A stretch of 64,000 bases of DNA, taken from positions 448,001 through 512,000 of the forward strand of contig CAVSCK010000004.1 of NCBI GenBank assembly GCA_963726455.1. Direction: 5' to 3'. The stretch comes from an uncultured bacterium. GTDB taxonomy: Bacteria > Zixibacteria > MSB-5A5 > CAIYYT01. This document shows positions 1 through 10,025 of this stretch, piece after piece. The notes beneath the pieces were generated by a model. That model did no database searches and was not told where the DNA came from. It worked only from the letters and a program-made list of their open reading frames with translations. Position 1 is the first letter of the stretch. Every line of letters starts with the position of its first letter. The translations under genes were made by a program, and so were the position numbers.

Positions 1-2
1 TC

Positions 3-650
3 GAAATCGCTGCACTGCAATTGACCTGCAAAGAAGTCGGCGGCGACTATTATGACTTTGTTGAGTTGGAGAGAGGGAAGATCGGCTTTCTTATCGGAGA
101 CGTCGCGGGCAAGGGAGTCTCGGCGTCTCTAATAATGTCCAACGTTCAGGCGATCTTCCGCAAGGAGGCTTCGCAACAGGAATCTCCGGCAGCCACGCTG
201 AAAACCATCAACGCCCATCTTAGCACCTTAAGCAGCGCGTCCGGGCGCTTCATCTCAATATTCTACGGAATACTGGACCCGGAAACCCTTCGTCTCACTT
301 ACAGTAATGGCGGACACTGCCGGCCGATTGTGCGCAACGCCGCTGGCAACGGCTACGAACTGGCTGAAGGGGGCCTCTTTGTCGGGCCGTTTCCCGATAT
401 GGAATGGAATGATACGAGTGTACAACTCAGCCGGGGAGATCTGCTCTGTTTCTACACGGACGGGGTTTCGGAGGCATACGATGTTGGGGAGCGCGAGCAA
501 TTCGGCGAGGAGAGAATTCTGGAATTCCTAAAGCAGACTACCGGCACGTCCGAAAAAGTTCTCCAATCACTGTTAGAGGCCTGTCAGTCATATGTTGGGA
601 CTCGCCCCTTTGCCGACGACTGGACTGTAATCATATTGAAATTGAAGTAG
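3..650 (+). CDS. PP2C/SpoIIE-family Ser phosphatase (RsbU-like), 5' end outside window
   Basis: VGGDYYDF, IGDVAGKGVSASLIM, YSNGGH, YTDGVSEA and DDWT motifs; frame is open to the window edge. Confidence 0.92.
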   Translation, partial: EIAALQLTCKEVGGDYYDFVELERGKIGFLIGDVAGKGVSASLIMSNVQAIFRKEASQQESPAATLKTINAHLSTLSSASGRFISIFYGILDPETLRLTYSNGGHCRPIVRNAAGNGYELAEGGLFVGPFPDMEWNDTSVQLSRGDLLCFYTDGVSEAYDVGEREQFGEERILEFLKQTTGTSEKVLQSLLEACQSYVGTRPFADDWTVIILKLK

Positions 651-1658
651 TCACTTCTCTGACAAGATTAGGCGGCAGAGATCACGTCGGCTAAATCGTA
701 GAAAGGGAGCCATGGCCAACTTGCCGGTTTGGCCAACGCTTTTCTCGAGAAACTTGAGCTCAATCAATTTGTCCTTGTCTTCCGATCCTCTGGGAACAGC
801 CAGTCCTGCCTCGCGCAACAGCATTGCTCCTTTCGCACGAATGGATAGTTCCAGATTAAGTCTCAGGAAACACAGCATGTCAACGATAACATGTGCTTCA
901 AATCGTCCCCGCAGTCTTTCCAGATAATTGCCGATGCGAGACTCGGACATGTCGCCGCTTGCAATGAGATCGAGTAGCTCCAACTCTTTGTCCAATCCAA
1001 TGCCCAGCCATCTGCGTGTCGCCTTCTCGCTTTCCGAAAAAACTATCACCGTCAACAGTGGTAAGATTGTCAACAGCACAGCAGTTGTTAGAACCGGAGG
1101 CAATATGAACTGATTGAACACAAAGTGAATCACAATTGCTGCCAATATACCCGGAATCAAGTTGGCCCAACCGAAAGACGGATACCTATCCAAGAAGCTC
1201 TTCGACATAAGCGCAAAAATTGCCATCGTGCTCCCGTGCATTGCGGCAGTCCCAAATCCTCTTACGATCCAGACCAATTGGCTGTAGTCGATGTACGCGA
1301 ACAAATAGGAGGCATTTTCGGCAAAGGCAAAGCCCGCGCCGACTGCGAAACCTTGTATGGCACTGTCGACCAGAAAGCCGAGCTTCCGTGCCCGCAGGAG
1401 ATAGACAACCCACACCGCCTTCAGAAGCTCCTCGACAAGAGGACTGACTTGCCTGACAAAATGGGATGGATCAAGCTTCGTGAAGTGGAGCAGGGTGGAG
1501 TTCACCAGATAGGCAAGGATGGCGACGAGACTTCCGACGAGCATGGACGTCAAGATCGCCCGGATTGATACGAGCTTGTAGCTATCCAGAAGAATCAGAA
1601 GAGTCAAGAAGGCAAGGACGGGCGCCAGGCTGAAGACAATGCTTAGGAAAGTGCTCAC
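651..1658 (-). CDS. prsW: PrsW-family intramembrane metalloprotease with C-terminal extension (copy 1)
   Basis: PLVEELLKA, GFAFAEN, MHGS and IHFVFN motifs; multiple TM helices. Confidence 0.88.
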   Translation of the reverse strand: MSTFLSIVFSLAPVLAFLTLLILLDSYKLVSIRAILTSMLVGSLVAILAYLVNSTLLHFTKLDPSHFVRQVSPLVEELLKAVWVVYLLRARKLGFLVDSAIQGFAVGAGFAFAENASYLFAYIDYSQLVWIVRGFGTAAMHGSTMAIFALMSKSFLDRYPSFGWANLIPGILAAIVIHFVFNQFILPPVLTTAVLLTILPLLTVIVFSESEKATRRWLGIGLDKELELLDLIASGDMSESRIGNYLERLRGRFEAHVIVDMLCFLRLNLELSIRAKGAMLLREAGLAVPRGSEDKDKLIELKFLEKSVGQTGKLAMAPFLRFSRRDLCRLILSEK

Positions 1659-1668
1659 AGCGCCGACA

Positions 1669-2445
1669 CTATTTTCCAGTACTCAGTGAGTCCTCGAACA
1701 GACCCTCAGCACTGACCAATCTAATCTTGAGATTCGACTCGGCGCTTTTTGTTTTGTCAAAAGTGAAGATATACTGATTCGTTCCATGATGCAGCAAGCG
1801 AATCTCATTTCGGCTCGCACTGAGTTCCTGATGGTGGGCTGAACTTTGAACGAACCCAGTGAAAACAAGGGCGAGTGAATCATACTGAAGCCGCACTTCA
1901 GCAGCGCCAGGCGCATTTACACTCAACTCTGCGGTCACGACACCCCGGCCGAACCTGGTCACAACCTCCCCCCGAATACCGTGCAATCCGATTTCCTTTC
2001 GCTCTGCAATTTCCAGATTGCCTTCCGGGCCTAGAACCATTGATCCTCTCATCTTGTCGAGCTCAGTTTGCCCCCTCTTGACGAATGTCTCCGGCATAAT
2101 TGCGAAAAGCAGAAATCCTACCAGAATTCCTCCCGCGACGCACAAAGTATACTTTACTGCCGGTCTGGGCTCCGCGACTCCAAATATTCTCCTGAACCAA
2201 CTCACCCTCCATGGGTGAGTCTCATGTATTGAACGGACCTGCAGCATCACGTCGTGCTTTAGATGCGTCGGTGGCTCCACCCCTTCTACTTGCTTCAACA
2301 TCATCGATACCTTAGTCAGCTCGTCCAATAGTCTCTGTGCCTCTGGAGTAACGCTAAGGTAGGACATCAAGTCCGTAAGTTCCTCCGGAGCTATGCTATT
2401 GTCAATCTTCTTATGGATCAAGACCAAGTACTTTTTGTCAATCAT
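1669..2445 (-). CDS. Single-pass anti-sigma factor (copy 1)
   Basis: ATG at 2445 overlaps the sigma stop; N-terminal anti-sigma-like domain (VEPPTHLKHDVM), one TM helix, beta-rich C-terminal domain; paralog of 21148-21936. Confidence 0.8.
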   Translation of the reverse strand: MIDKKYLVLIHKKIDNSIAPEELTDLMSYLSVTPEAQRLLDELTKVSMMLKQVEGVEPPTHLKHDVMLQVRSIHETHPWRVSWFRRIFGVAEPRPAVKYTLCVAGGILVGFLLFAIMPETFVKRGQTELDKMRGSMVLGPEGNLEIAERKEIGLHGIRGEVVTRFGRGVVTAELSVNAPGAAEVRLQYDSLALVFTGFVQSSAHHQELSASRNEIRLLHHGTNQYIFTFDKTKSAESNLKIRLVSAEGLFEDSLSTGK

Positions 2446-2986
2446 GAGTTTGTACGCCTCGCTTGACAAGTATGTCTCTTAACTGTTTCCTGGCCGAGAA
2501 CAGTCTTGACTTGACAGTCCGTTCGGGAATCTTCAGGACGCGGCCGATTTCCTCATAGGAGAGATCCTCAAAATGACGCAGGATAATGACCGACCTGTTG
2601 TCGGTGGTCAATTCCATGAGTGCCAATTGCACCGCGTCAGACAGCCGGCTCAACTCATACGATTTCTCGGGAGATTCGGAGTCTGGAGCTGACACTCCCT
2701 CGAGTGACTCAAAGTGGCGTTGCTGTTGCAGAAAATTGACCGCTTCATTAATGACTATTCGATATATCCAACTGAAAAATTTGAACTCGGGTTTGAATAA
2801 ATGGAGCTTCTGAAAAGCTTTGACAAAAGCAATTTGAGAAATGTCACATGCGTCATCACGACTGCCTATCATCCTGAACGCCACGTTGAAGAGAGGTTTC
2901 TGGTAGCGATCGACCAGTATCTCAAATGCATCCAGGTTGCCATCAATACATTCTTTCACGAGATCGGAATCGTCCCTTTCTATCAT
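2438..2986 (-). CDS. ECF (sigma-70 group 4) sigma factor
   Basis: Region 2 (DACDISQIAFVKAF, FFSWIYRIVIN) and region 4 (LSYEEIGRVLKIPERTVKSRLFSAR). Confidence 0.95.
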   Translation of the reverse strand: MIERDDSDLVKECIDGNLDAFEILVDRYQKPLFNVAFRMIGSRDDACDISQIAFVKAFQKLHLFKPEFKFFSWIYRIVINEAVNFLQQQRHFESLEGVSAPDSESPEKSYELSRLSDAVQLALMELTTDNRSVIILRHFEDLSYEEIGRVLKIPERTVKSRLFSARKQLRDILVKRGVQTHD

Positions 2987-3016
2987 AAGTACAATCTCGG
3001 CCTCACAAAGTTGATC
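2987..3016 (-). promoter_or_regulatory. Putative ECF promoter GATCAAC-N17-GTACTT
   Basis: Same motif and 17-nt spacing at 21082-21111 and 22323-22352; AAC -35 core is typical of ECF promoters. Confidence 0.6.
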
Positions 3017-3138
3017 CTCGAAATCTCAGATAATGTAATGAACCGATCCGCTCGGCACACTCGAATATAAGGTCATCACAGGTGAATAAAGTAATCTTTT
3101 CGCCCCGCGCTGGCAACTGAGCGTTTCAGCGGCATATC

Positions 3139-3423
3139 TCACCGCCCGGTAAACAGTTTGTCAAGTCCGGCTATTCGAAAGATGGTCTGTATATGTTGGT
3201 TCAAATTTTTTACTTCCAGCGTCTTTCCCAGCGCCGTTAATCGCCGATAAGTCTCGACGATAACCCATAAGCCGGCACTGGAGATATATTCGAGCCGTTG
3301 ACAATCGATAGTGCCGGAATCATTGAGTTTCTCCAACACCTCGCGTGCGCGTTCGGTCTGCGCTGCATCGAATCTACCCACAAGATAGACTACGTTCCGG
3401 TCGCTTATCTCTATCGTAAACAC
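3139..3423 (-). CDS. STAS-domain anti-anti-sigma factor (RsbV/SpoIIAA-like, copy 1)
   Basis: LEYISSAGL phosphorylatable-Ser motif, IFRIAGL; 94 aa. Confidence 0.92.
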   Translation of the reverse strand: MFTIEISDRNVVYLVGRFDAAQTERAREVLEKLNDSGTIDCQRLEYISSAGLWVIVETYRRLTALGKTLEVKNLNQHIQTIFRIAGLDKLFTGR

Positions 3424-3500
3424 TCTAGCTTGGCAGTCTCTTTCGCAGATTAACTACGTTTGCACCATTGTAATACTTGTAAGAGAAACTGCAACTGGCT

Positions 3501-6500
3501 TTACTTACACCCTTCACACGGCTGTGGGCCACTCGAGAAAATATACTGGATCAGATAGACGACGTCGGAGATGTCAACCGACTGGTCGCAATTGGCATCA
3601 CCGGACGCTACCGGTGACGGTGCCGGCCCGCCTGAAAAGATGTACTGAATCAGATAGACGGCATCGGAGATGTCGACTGCGGCATCAGCATTGGCATTAC
3701 CACAGAGATAGTTCAAGAGATAAGCTGCAAACGTCCGGGAGTAAATTCCCGGAGTTCCGCTTGTAACCGGACGGATGCGCCAGTAATACACCGAATCAGG
3801 CCCCAGCGGCTGCGGAATCTGGTATAGGGGAGAGGTTAGACCAGTCACACTGAAGATCGGCGATCGGAAGTCATAGTAACGATCCAACTGGAACTCATAG
3901 CTATCGGCTGTCAGTCCTTTGCTTGCCAAACCACTCCAGTTGAAGGTCGGTTGGGGATTGGCGGTGGGGTGTCCATTCGCAGGGTAGATCGATGATACCG
4001 GTTGCACCTGATAGTAGAAGACGAGACTGTCGCCCGGAGCCGGGGTCGGATAGTTCCGAAAGGCACAGTTGGCGGCGGTGCCGTCAATGCGGATGCCGGC
4101 GCTAAAACGGGCATCGCCGGGGATATTCGCCCGCGAGGTAATCACCACCTGATACTCGCCATATTGCAGATTGTAGTCGTAGGCGCTTTCGTCCAACACG
4201 CCGTTGTCGTCGGCATCGCTGCGCCAGTAGGCCGAGCCAGCCACGGTGCGCAGAAGTCGGGAGATCACCAACCCGAGAGGGTTCTCAACTCGCAGCGTCA
4301 CGTTGTTGTAGCCGGTAGTCACCATCTCGTCGGGAAGAATCGGATCTTCGGGAATCTCGCTCACGGCCAGCAATATGGGATTGCCCTCCTGCCCGCCGAT
4401 CACGAAGTCGGGCGCGCCATTACGGTCGACATCGGCGCTGATCAGCGCATACAGCGGACTCGTGCCGCTGCCCAGGGCGATACTCACCGGTGCCGCGAAG
4501 CTACCGGCACCGATGTTAACGCTGACCAATAAGGAGCGCGTGGTGGCATTGACCAGACTGATATCCAGGTCGCCATCCTTGTCAACATCCGCCAATGCTA
4601 AATTGAGCGCCGTGCCAACGATGCGAAGCGTGTCGCTGCTACCAACGCCGCCACTGCCGTTGCCCAGTGCAATGGTCACGACGCTGGTGTCATTCGTCCC
4701 GACCGTGTTGCCGGTCACGGTCACAAAATCGGAGTTGCCATCATGGTTCAAGTCCATACCGGCGACGATACTGGAGAAATCGTGCGCTAGATAACCAATG
4801 CGCAGCGCCGCCGAGCGCGTCATATTGCCGCTGCCGTTGTTCACATAGACTACTGCCGAATCACCTGAGGTGACAACGATGTCATCCGTCCCATTGCGGT
4901 CAAAGTCGCCGACTTCGACCGCGTCAAACGAGAATGGTAGAGTCATCGAAGTCGGGAAGCTTCCGCTGCCGTCCCCAAAGAGAATCTTGTTCTCGCTGAC
5001 CACGGCATCCAGATACGCATCGCCATTGAAGTACCCGGTGGCGATCGATGGAAAGACGCCACTGCGCTCAGTGTTCGAGCCCCAGCTTGATGAAAGACTT
5101 ACGGTCTGCGAGTCAATGCTGAAAGTGCGATTGCCGTTGTTGAGCAGAAGATAGACCTTCCCCGGCGTGTGAGCGACAATATCCAACAGGGAATCACCGT
5201 CGACGAAATCGACAGCCAATGCGGCCTTGGTCACCTTCAGGTAATTGCGCGGTGTCTCCAAAGTGCCGTCTGCCTTGCCATAAGCAATGTACAGACTATC
5301 CGACGTGTTGCCGGTATAGACCACATCCGCATAGTTGTCACCGTCAATGTCGGCCTGCCTGACATAAAAGACATCGGCCGTGTCGGGGGTCGGCGTGATC
5401 AGATATTCCTGAGATAATACCTCGACACTGATGTTATCGAGCCAGGCATCGGCAGTGACGGTTGTATAGGCGGCAAATCCCAGTTCCTGCAATTGATTAG
5501 GGACTATACTGGCATCGCTGACAACAGCATCGCAGACGACACTCCCGTCAGCGATCTTGACCGATTTGAATTGCAGTTGACCATCCCAGATCGTGACGGT
5601 ATTGCGATAGGCGGTATAGTCCACCGGGTATGCCTGTGTATAAAGAGGGTTATCCGGCGGATGTCCGCAATCATCAAAAATCCTTACGTCTGGCTGTCCC
5701 GGGCGCCAAATGCCGATCCCTACTCCCACAGTCACATGACAAGTACCCATCAGAAGATGTATACTGGTGCTCATTCCAGGATTGCTGTACGCAACATTGC
5801 CATCCCATTGCAGCTTGAATCCAATGGCGCTTCCCGACGGCGGTGGTGGAACCGTCCCCGTTCTTACTAGCTCCCAGTAGGCGTCGGTGTGATAAGCGTT
5901 AAGCTGGCCGTTCTGCAAGCCACCTGATCCATTGTGCTGGACTAGCTGCCACCCGGCAGGTACCTGGTTGTCATTTAGATCATAGGACTCGTTGCTGAAG
6001 TAGTTCTGTCCCGGCGGGTAGAAGCTTAGTCTGGATACAAACGCGTCGAAGCCACCATTGTAGCTCCCGTCGTACGCGCCCTGAGTTGTGGGGAAATGAG
6101 CAGATGTCGTGTAACCTGTCACATAAGCATTGCCACCGCCATCGACTGCAATAGCAGTAGCTTCATCGTGGCTTTCCCCGCCGAGGTAAGTGCTGTAGAT
6201 CAGGCTGCTCCCGGATGCGGAGAGCTTGGTGGCAAAAACATCAGCGGTGTCTCGATCAGTTTGGTAAGAGTTCAAAGTAGGAAAATCAGTTGACCAAGTT
6301 ACACCACCTAGTAATACGTTGCCACTGCTATCGAGAGCGACACCGTACGCAGCATCGTCGCCATTTCCACCAAGGTAAGTACAGTAGTTCAGCGTAGTGC
6401 CTGTCGAGTTCAATTGAGCCACGAACACATCTGCGCAACCCTGAAACGTTTGGTAGGGATTTTGAGTAGGGAAATTGGTTGATCGGGTATAGCCCGTCAC

Positions 6501-8129
6501 ATAAGCGTTGCCGCTGCCGTCGACTTCTATATCGTGGCCTGCATCGGCACTGTCTCCTCCAAGATAGGTGCTATAAACCAGCGCGTTTCCAGTTACACTC
6601 ATCTTGGTCACGAAAACATCAGTGGCGCCTTGGTCAGATTGAAGCGGATTTTCGGTCGGAAAGTCGACCGAGCCTGTGTGGCCAGTCACAAATGCGCTGC
6701 CACCCTGAACTGCAACGCTGGTGCCCCAATCGTAGCTGCTGCCACCAAGGTAGGTACAGTAATTCAGTGCGCTACCGCTTGGACTCATCTTGATGACATA
6801 TGCATCACCGTTGCCCCCGTAAGTTTGATAAGGATTCTCAGTCGGCAAGTCGGCTGAGAACGTAAGGCCCGTCACATAGGCACTGCCGCTCTCGTCTATA
6901 GCGATACTGCTGGGAGAGTCATCATCAGTTCCGCCAACATAAGTACTGTAAAGCATCGCATTGCCGGCGCTGTTTAATTTTGTAACTGCAACGTCGTAAA
7001 TGCCTTGGAATGTCTGGTATGGGTCCTGGATCGGGAAGTCGGTCGAATTGGTTCCGCTCGCTATGTAAACACATCCTAACCTGTCTACGGCTATACCCCT
7101 TCCCCCATCGCTGCCACTTCCCCCAATGTAAGTACTGTAAATTAGGCCGTCATTAGAACTGCTCAGTTTGGTAACGAATGCATCCGGACCTCCTTGGTCT
7201 GTCTGATAAGGATATTGGCCCGGGTAATTAGTGGACGTCGTATAACCTGTCAAGTATACTTGATTGATACTGTCAACTGCCACAGCACTGCTAGCATCGA
7301 ACCCGCTTCCGCCAAGATAAGTGCTGTAAGACAAAACAACTGACTGCGTCCCCAACGCCTGCCGACTTGAGGCTTGAGATCTGAATCCAATCGTCTTTTC
7401 CTCTGCCAGTGAGAGAGTAGCCGTGCCCGACAAATCACCATCCGCGGGGGCCTTGACAGCAGCCACCATGTCACCCCATTTCGTCCGCAGAATCATTCTG
7501 CCATCCGCATCAATTAAATTCTGTTCCGCTCCCTCGTATTCAACCTTGACCAGCGCCATATCCGCCCCCGGATTTGCGACAAACTCGTACGCTGCCTGAC
7601 CGTTACCGTCGCCGGAGTATTTCAGGTCGATTCCCGGATAGATGTCTTTGAGCGTGATCGACTCGTAGTTGGGCACGTCAGTGTGCCACTTGGCAGGGTC
7701 ATTGCCGATGAAGTAGTTGCACTTGTACTCCAACTCCCCTTCGGCGACAACCTCTGGATTCGGATTCGCCCCATTGAATCTGGCGATCAACACCAGCTGC
7801 TCGATGCTGTCCGGCTCCATTTCATTCCCGCGTCCCATGTCATTCCCGCGCAGGCGGGAATCCAGTCCTGCCACAGGGTCTTTGCCATTCCTGTCGTTAG
7901 ATCGGGTGAACTGATAAGTCACCCCGTCTTTTGTGAACCACATCGTGGCGCCGCCGGCGTTGGCGCGGAACAGCACTCGGCTATCCCACTGGCCCATGTT
8001 CTTCGTGAAAGTCAACGGCGTCTGGTTCAGTTGCTGAATCGTGGAGGAGCCCGGCGAACTAGCTGCCAACAGAGTGAGCTGTATCAACATCAACAAGACC
8101 AACAGGGTCAGGGCGTTTTTGCAGAACAC
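3501..8129 (-). CDS. Large secreted protein: SBBP beta-propeller repeats + FG-GAP repeats + C-terminal dockerin
   Basis: GTG at 8129 with GGAGG SD and signal peptide; YSTYLGG...AVDxxGNAYVTGxTxSxxFPT repeats; DxDxDGxxD repeats; GNANADAAVDISDAVYLIQYIF dockerin. Confidence 0.88.
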   Translation of the reverse strand: MFCKNALTLLVLLMLIQLTLLAASSPGSSTIQQLNQTPLTFTKNMGQWDSRVLFRANAGGATMWFTKDGVTYQFTRSNDRNGKDPVAGLDSRLRGNDMGRGNEMEPDSIEQLVLIARFNGANPNPEVVAEGELEYKCNYFIGNDPAKWHTDVPNYESITLKDIYPGIDLKYSGDGNGQAAYEFVANPGADMALVKVEYEGAEQNLIDADGRMILRTKWGDMVAAVKAPADGDLSGTATLSLAEEKTIGFRSQASSRQALGTQSVVLSYSTYLGGSGFDASSAVAVDSINQVYLTGYTTSTNYPGQYPYQTDQGGPDAFVTKLSSSNDGLIYSTYIGGSGSDGGRGIAVDRLGCVYIASGTNSTDFPIQDPYQTFQGIYDVAVTKLNSAGNAMLYSTYVGGTDDDSPSSIAIDESGSAYVTGLTFSADLPTENPYQTYGGNGDAYVIKMSPSGSALNYCTYLGGSSYDWGTSVAVQGGSAFVTGHTGSVDFPTENPLQSDQGATDVFVTKMSVTGNALVYSTYLGGDSADAGHDIEVDGSGNAYVTGYTRSTNFPTQNPYQTFQGCADVFVAQLNSTGTTLNYCTYLGGNGDDAAYGVALDSSGNVLLGGVTWSTDFPTLNSYQTDRDTADVFATKLSASGSSLIYSTYLGGESHDEATAIAVDGGGNAYVTGYTTSAHFPTTQGAYDGSYNGGFDAFVSRLSFYPPGQNYFSNESYDLNDNQVPAGWQLVQHNGSGGLQNGQLNAYHTDAYWELVRTGTVPPPPSGSAIGFKLQWDGNVAYSNPGMSTSIHLLMGTCHVTVGVGIGIWRPGQPDVRIFDDCGHPPDNPLYTQAYPVDYTAYRNTVTIWDGQLQFKSVKIADGSVVCDAVVSDASIVPNQLQELGFAAYTTVTADAWLDNISVEVLSQEYLITPTPDTADVFYVRQADIDGDNYADVVYTGNTSDSLYIAYGKADGTLETPRNYLKVTKAALAVDFVDGDSLLDIVAHTPGKVYLLLNNGNRTFSIDSQTVSLSSSWGSNTERSGVFPSIATGYFNGDAYLDAVVSENKILFGDGSGSFPTSMTLPFSFDAVEVGDFDRNGTDDIVVTSGDSAVVYVNNGSGNMTRSAALRIGYLAHDFSSIVAGMDLNHDGNSDFVTVTGNTVGTNDTSVVTIALGNGSGGVGSSDTLRIVGTALNLALADVDKDGDLDISLVNATTRSLLVSVNIGAGSFAAPVSIALGSGTSPLYALISADVDRNGAPDFVIGGQEGNPILLAVSEIPEDPILPDEMVTTGYNNVTLRVENPLGLVISRLLRTVAGSAYWRSDADDNGVLDESAYDYNLQYGEYQVVITSRANIPGDARFSAGIRIDGTAANCAFRNYPTPAPGDSLVFYYQVQPVSSIYPANGHPTANPQPTFNWSGLASKGLTADSYEFQLDRYYDFRSPIFSVTGLTSPLYQIPQPLGPDSVYYWRIRPVTSGTPGIYSRTFAAYLLNYLCGNANADAAVDISDAVYLIQYIFSGGPAPSPVASGDANCDQSVDISDVVYLIQYIFSSGPQPCEGCK
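7822..7865. repeat. REP/dRS3-like palindrome GTCATTCCCGCGCAGGCGGGAATCCAG inside a CDS, plus a partial second copy
   Basis: ATTCCC-N8-GGGAAT inverted repeat at 7842-7861; translated as LDSRLRGND; TCATTCCCGCG recurs 18 bp away. Confidence 0.7.
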
Positions 8130-8512
8130 GATTGCCTCCCTAAGATGCGAACGTGAGACGTTGCTATGTTTTGTCAGATCGTAAGATAGCACGATTAGAC
8201 CAGTTTGTCCAGCGAATTCATGCCCTCGGCACTTGCTGCCCTCCGGCGGTAAGCCGCCGTCTGCCTTGGCGATGAGTCGCCCGATTGCCCGCGTAAGCAG
8301 CAAGAGTATCACCGGCTCAGAAGAACGATGTGGTCCAGTCGCAAGAGGGTGAAGGTGGTTTGAACCGCACGACTAGTTCCCAGCCGTCCCGGGGCCGATT
8401 GCATCGCACCGTTATTGAACTTGTTCTCTGTCCGGCATTCTGTAAATTGATCATGACTGAAAGAGTACGGTCCCCGAGACCAGCAGATCACTCGAATCGA
8501 AGAGGGCAGAGT

Positions 8513-9787
8513 ATGGACGAGCACATAGATGAACATCTCGAACTAAAACGGGCGGTTGCGGAACTCAAAATTCTGAATGAAGTCAGCGTGGCAATCAGCG
8601 GAGCGATAGGGGTTGACGCTGTCACAAACCTGATTGTCAAGAAGTGCGTCGAGCACACCGGCGCCGAGCAGGGGGCTATCTGGCTGTTGGACCGCATGGA
8701 CAAGACAGCGGCTCCCAAAACCTTCCTGAGAGTCATGGATTCCGATCCCACTTCGATCCCCTTTAAGGTCGGCGCAAGTTTGACGGGATGGGTCACCAAG
8801 AATCGCGAACCCCTGATCGTAAATGACGTCGCCAGTGACAGAAGATTCGTGGACCTGGCTGGAGATTATTCCGGTCTTCACTGCCTGTTGGCCGTGCCGC
8901 TCCAGCTCAAAGATACTCTCGTCGGTGTACTTTGCCTATTGAACAAAGCCGGCGGTCAGGGATTCTCAAGTGATGACGCCCGGTTGCTGACTATTGTGGC
9001 GACGCAATCGGCCCAGACCATCGAAAATGCACGACTTTATGACGATGAACGCAGACTTCGATCCCTGGAGGAGGACCTGCGAACAGCGCGTCTGATTCAG
9101 TATTCCCTCCTGCCGCGTGAGAACCCGCAAGCGAACCACTTCGATATTGCCGGACTCTATGAACCGGCACAGATGATCGGCGGAGACTATTTCGATTTTA
9201 TCCCTATCGACAAAGATCACCTCGGAATTGCCATTGCCGACGTGTCTGGAAAAGGCACATCCGCGGCGCTACTGATGGCTAACTTGCAGTCCTGTCTGCG
9301 GGGACAGGCGATTCTTAACCAGAGTCCGAAAGAGACGATTAACAACATCAACTTCATACTGTCTCGATTCCTGATTTCCGGACGATTCATCACACTCATT
9401 TATGGCGTTTTGGATGTTCGTCGGAGCATTTTCACTTATGTCAATGCGGGACACTGCTACCCGTTTCTGACGGCCAAAGGGCGAATAGTGGAGCTGGAAG
9501 CGGGCGGAATCATCCTGGGCTTTTCTTCTGATTCTAAATACTCGGAAACTGAAGTTCCCCTTCAGGCAGGTGAGTCGATATTACTTTACACGGATGGCAT
9601 TACCGAGGCTGCCAACGCTTCAGGGGAGCTTTATGGCGAATCTCGCCTTCTTAACCTGGTGAGAGCAAATCGGACGCTATCCTCCGCTGAACTCGTGCGC
9701 CTGATCAAGGATTCTGTGGTGTGCTTTCAGGAAGAAGAACCGCAGAGCGATGATATCACGCTGGTTGCATTGAGAAATCCTTTGTAA
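8513..9787 (+). CDS. GAF-domain PP2C/SpoIIE phosphatase (RsbU/RsbP-like)
   Basis: N-terminal GAF (LIVNDVASDRRF, LAVPL); GGDYFDF, ADVSGKG, YTDGITEA, DDIT; start chosen at MDEH. Confidence 0.92.
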   Translation: MDEHIDEHLELKRAVAELKILNEVSVAISGAIGVDAVTNLIVKKCVEHTGAEQGAIWLLDRMDKTAAPKTFLRVMDSDPTSIPFKVGASLTGWVTKNREPLIVNDVASDRRFVDLAGDYSGLHCLLAVPLQLKDTLVGVLCLLNKAGGQGFSSDDARLLTIVATQSAQTIENARLYDDERRLRSLEEDLRTARLIQYSLLPRENPQANHFDIAGLYEPAQMIGGDYFDFIPIDKDHLGIAIADVSGKGTSAALLMANLQSCLRGQAILNQSPKETINNINFILSRFLISGRFITLIYGVLDVRRSIFTYVNAGHCYPFLTAKGRIVELEAGGIILGFSSDSKYSETEVPLQAGESILLYTDGITEAANASGELYGESRLLNLVRANRTLSSAELVRLIKDSVVCFQEEEPQSDDITLVALRNPL

Positions 9788-10025
9788 GGGAACCGGTTCC
9801 CGCAATCTTCGGTAAGAACGCCGGCGGACAAACGCGGAAGACGATTGGGTCGCGCTGGCAGCCGGGCTGAGGCAACCTTATCGCATTTTCCGCTTAACAA
9901 CGCAGTTTCCTTCTTGTTTGTCCGGCGTTGTCGATCTATTTTGTAAGCAGGGGATTTCGGCGTGTCCTTCGGAACGCGATCCGCGATGAATGGAAGATAC
10001 CCAGACTGCATTTCGGGAAAACCGC

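Noticed and set aside
8130-8512. Long N-terminal extensions in the ORF track (starts 8312 and 8330)
   Set aside because: SD, signal peptide and promoter evidence favour 8129; 8513 is preferred on domain boundary
9788-9801. Perfect palindrome GGGAACCGGTTCCC after the phosphatase stop
   Set aside because: Single short occurrence with no U-tract; function cannot be supported
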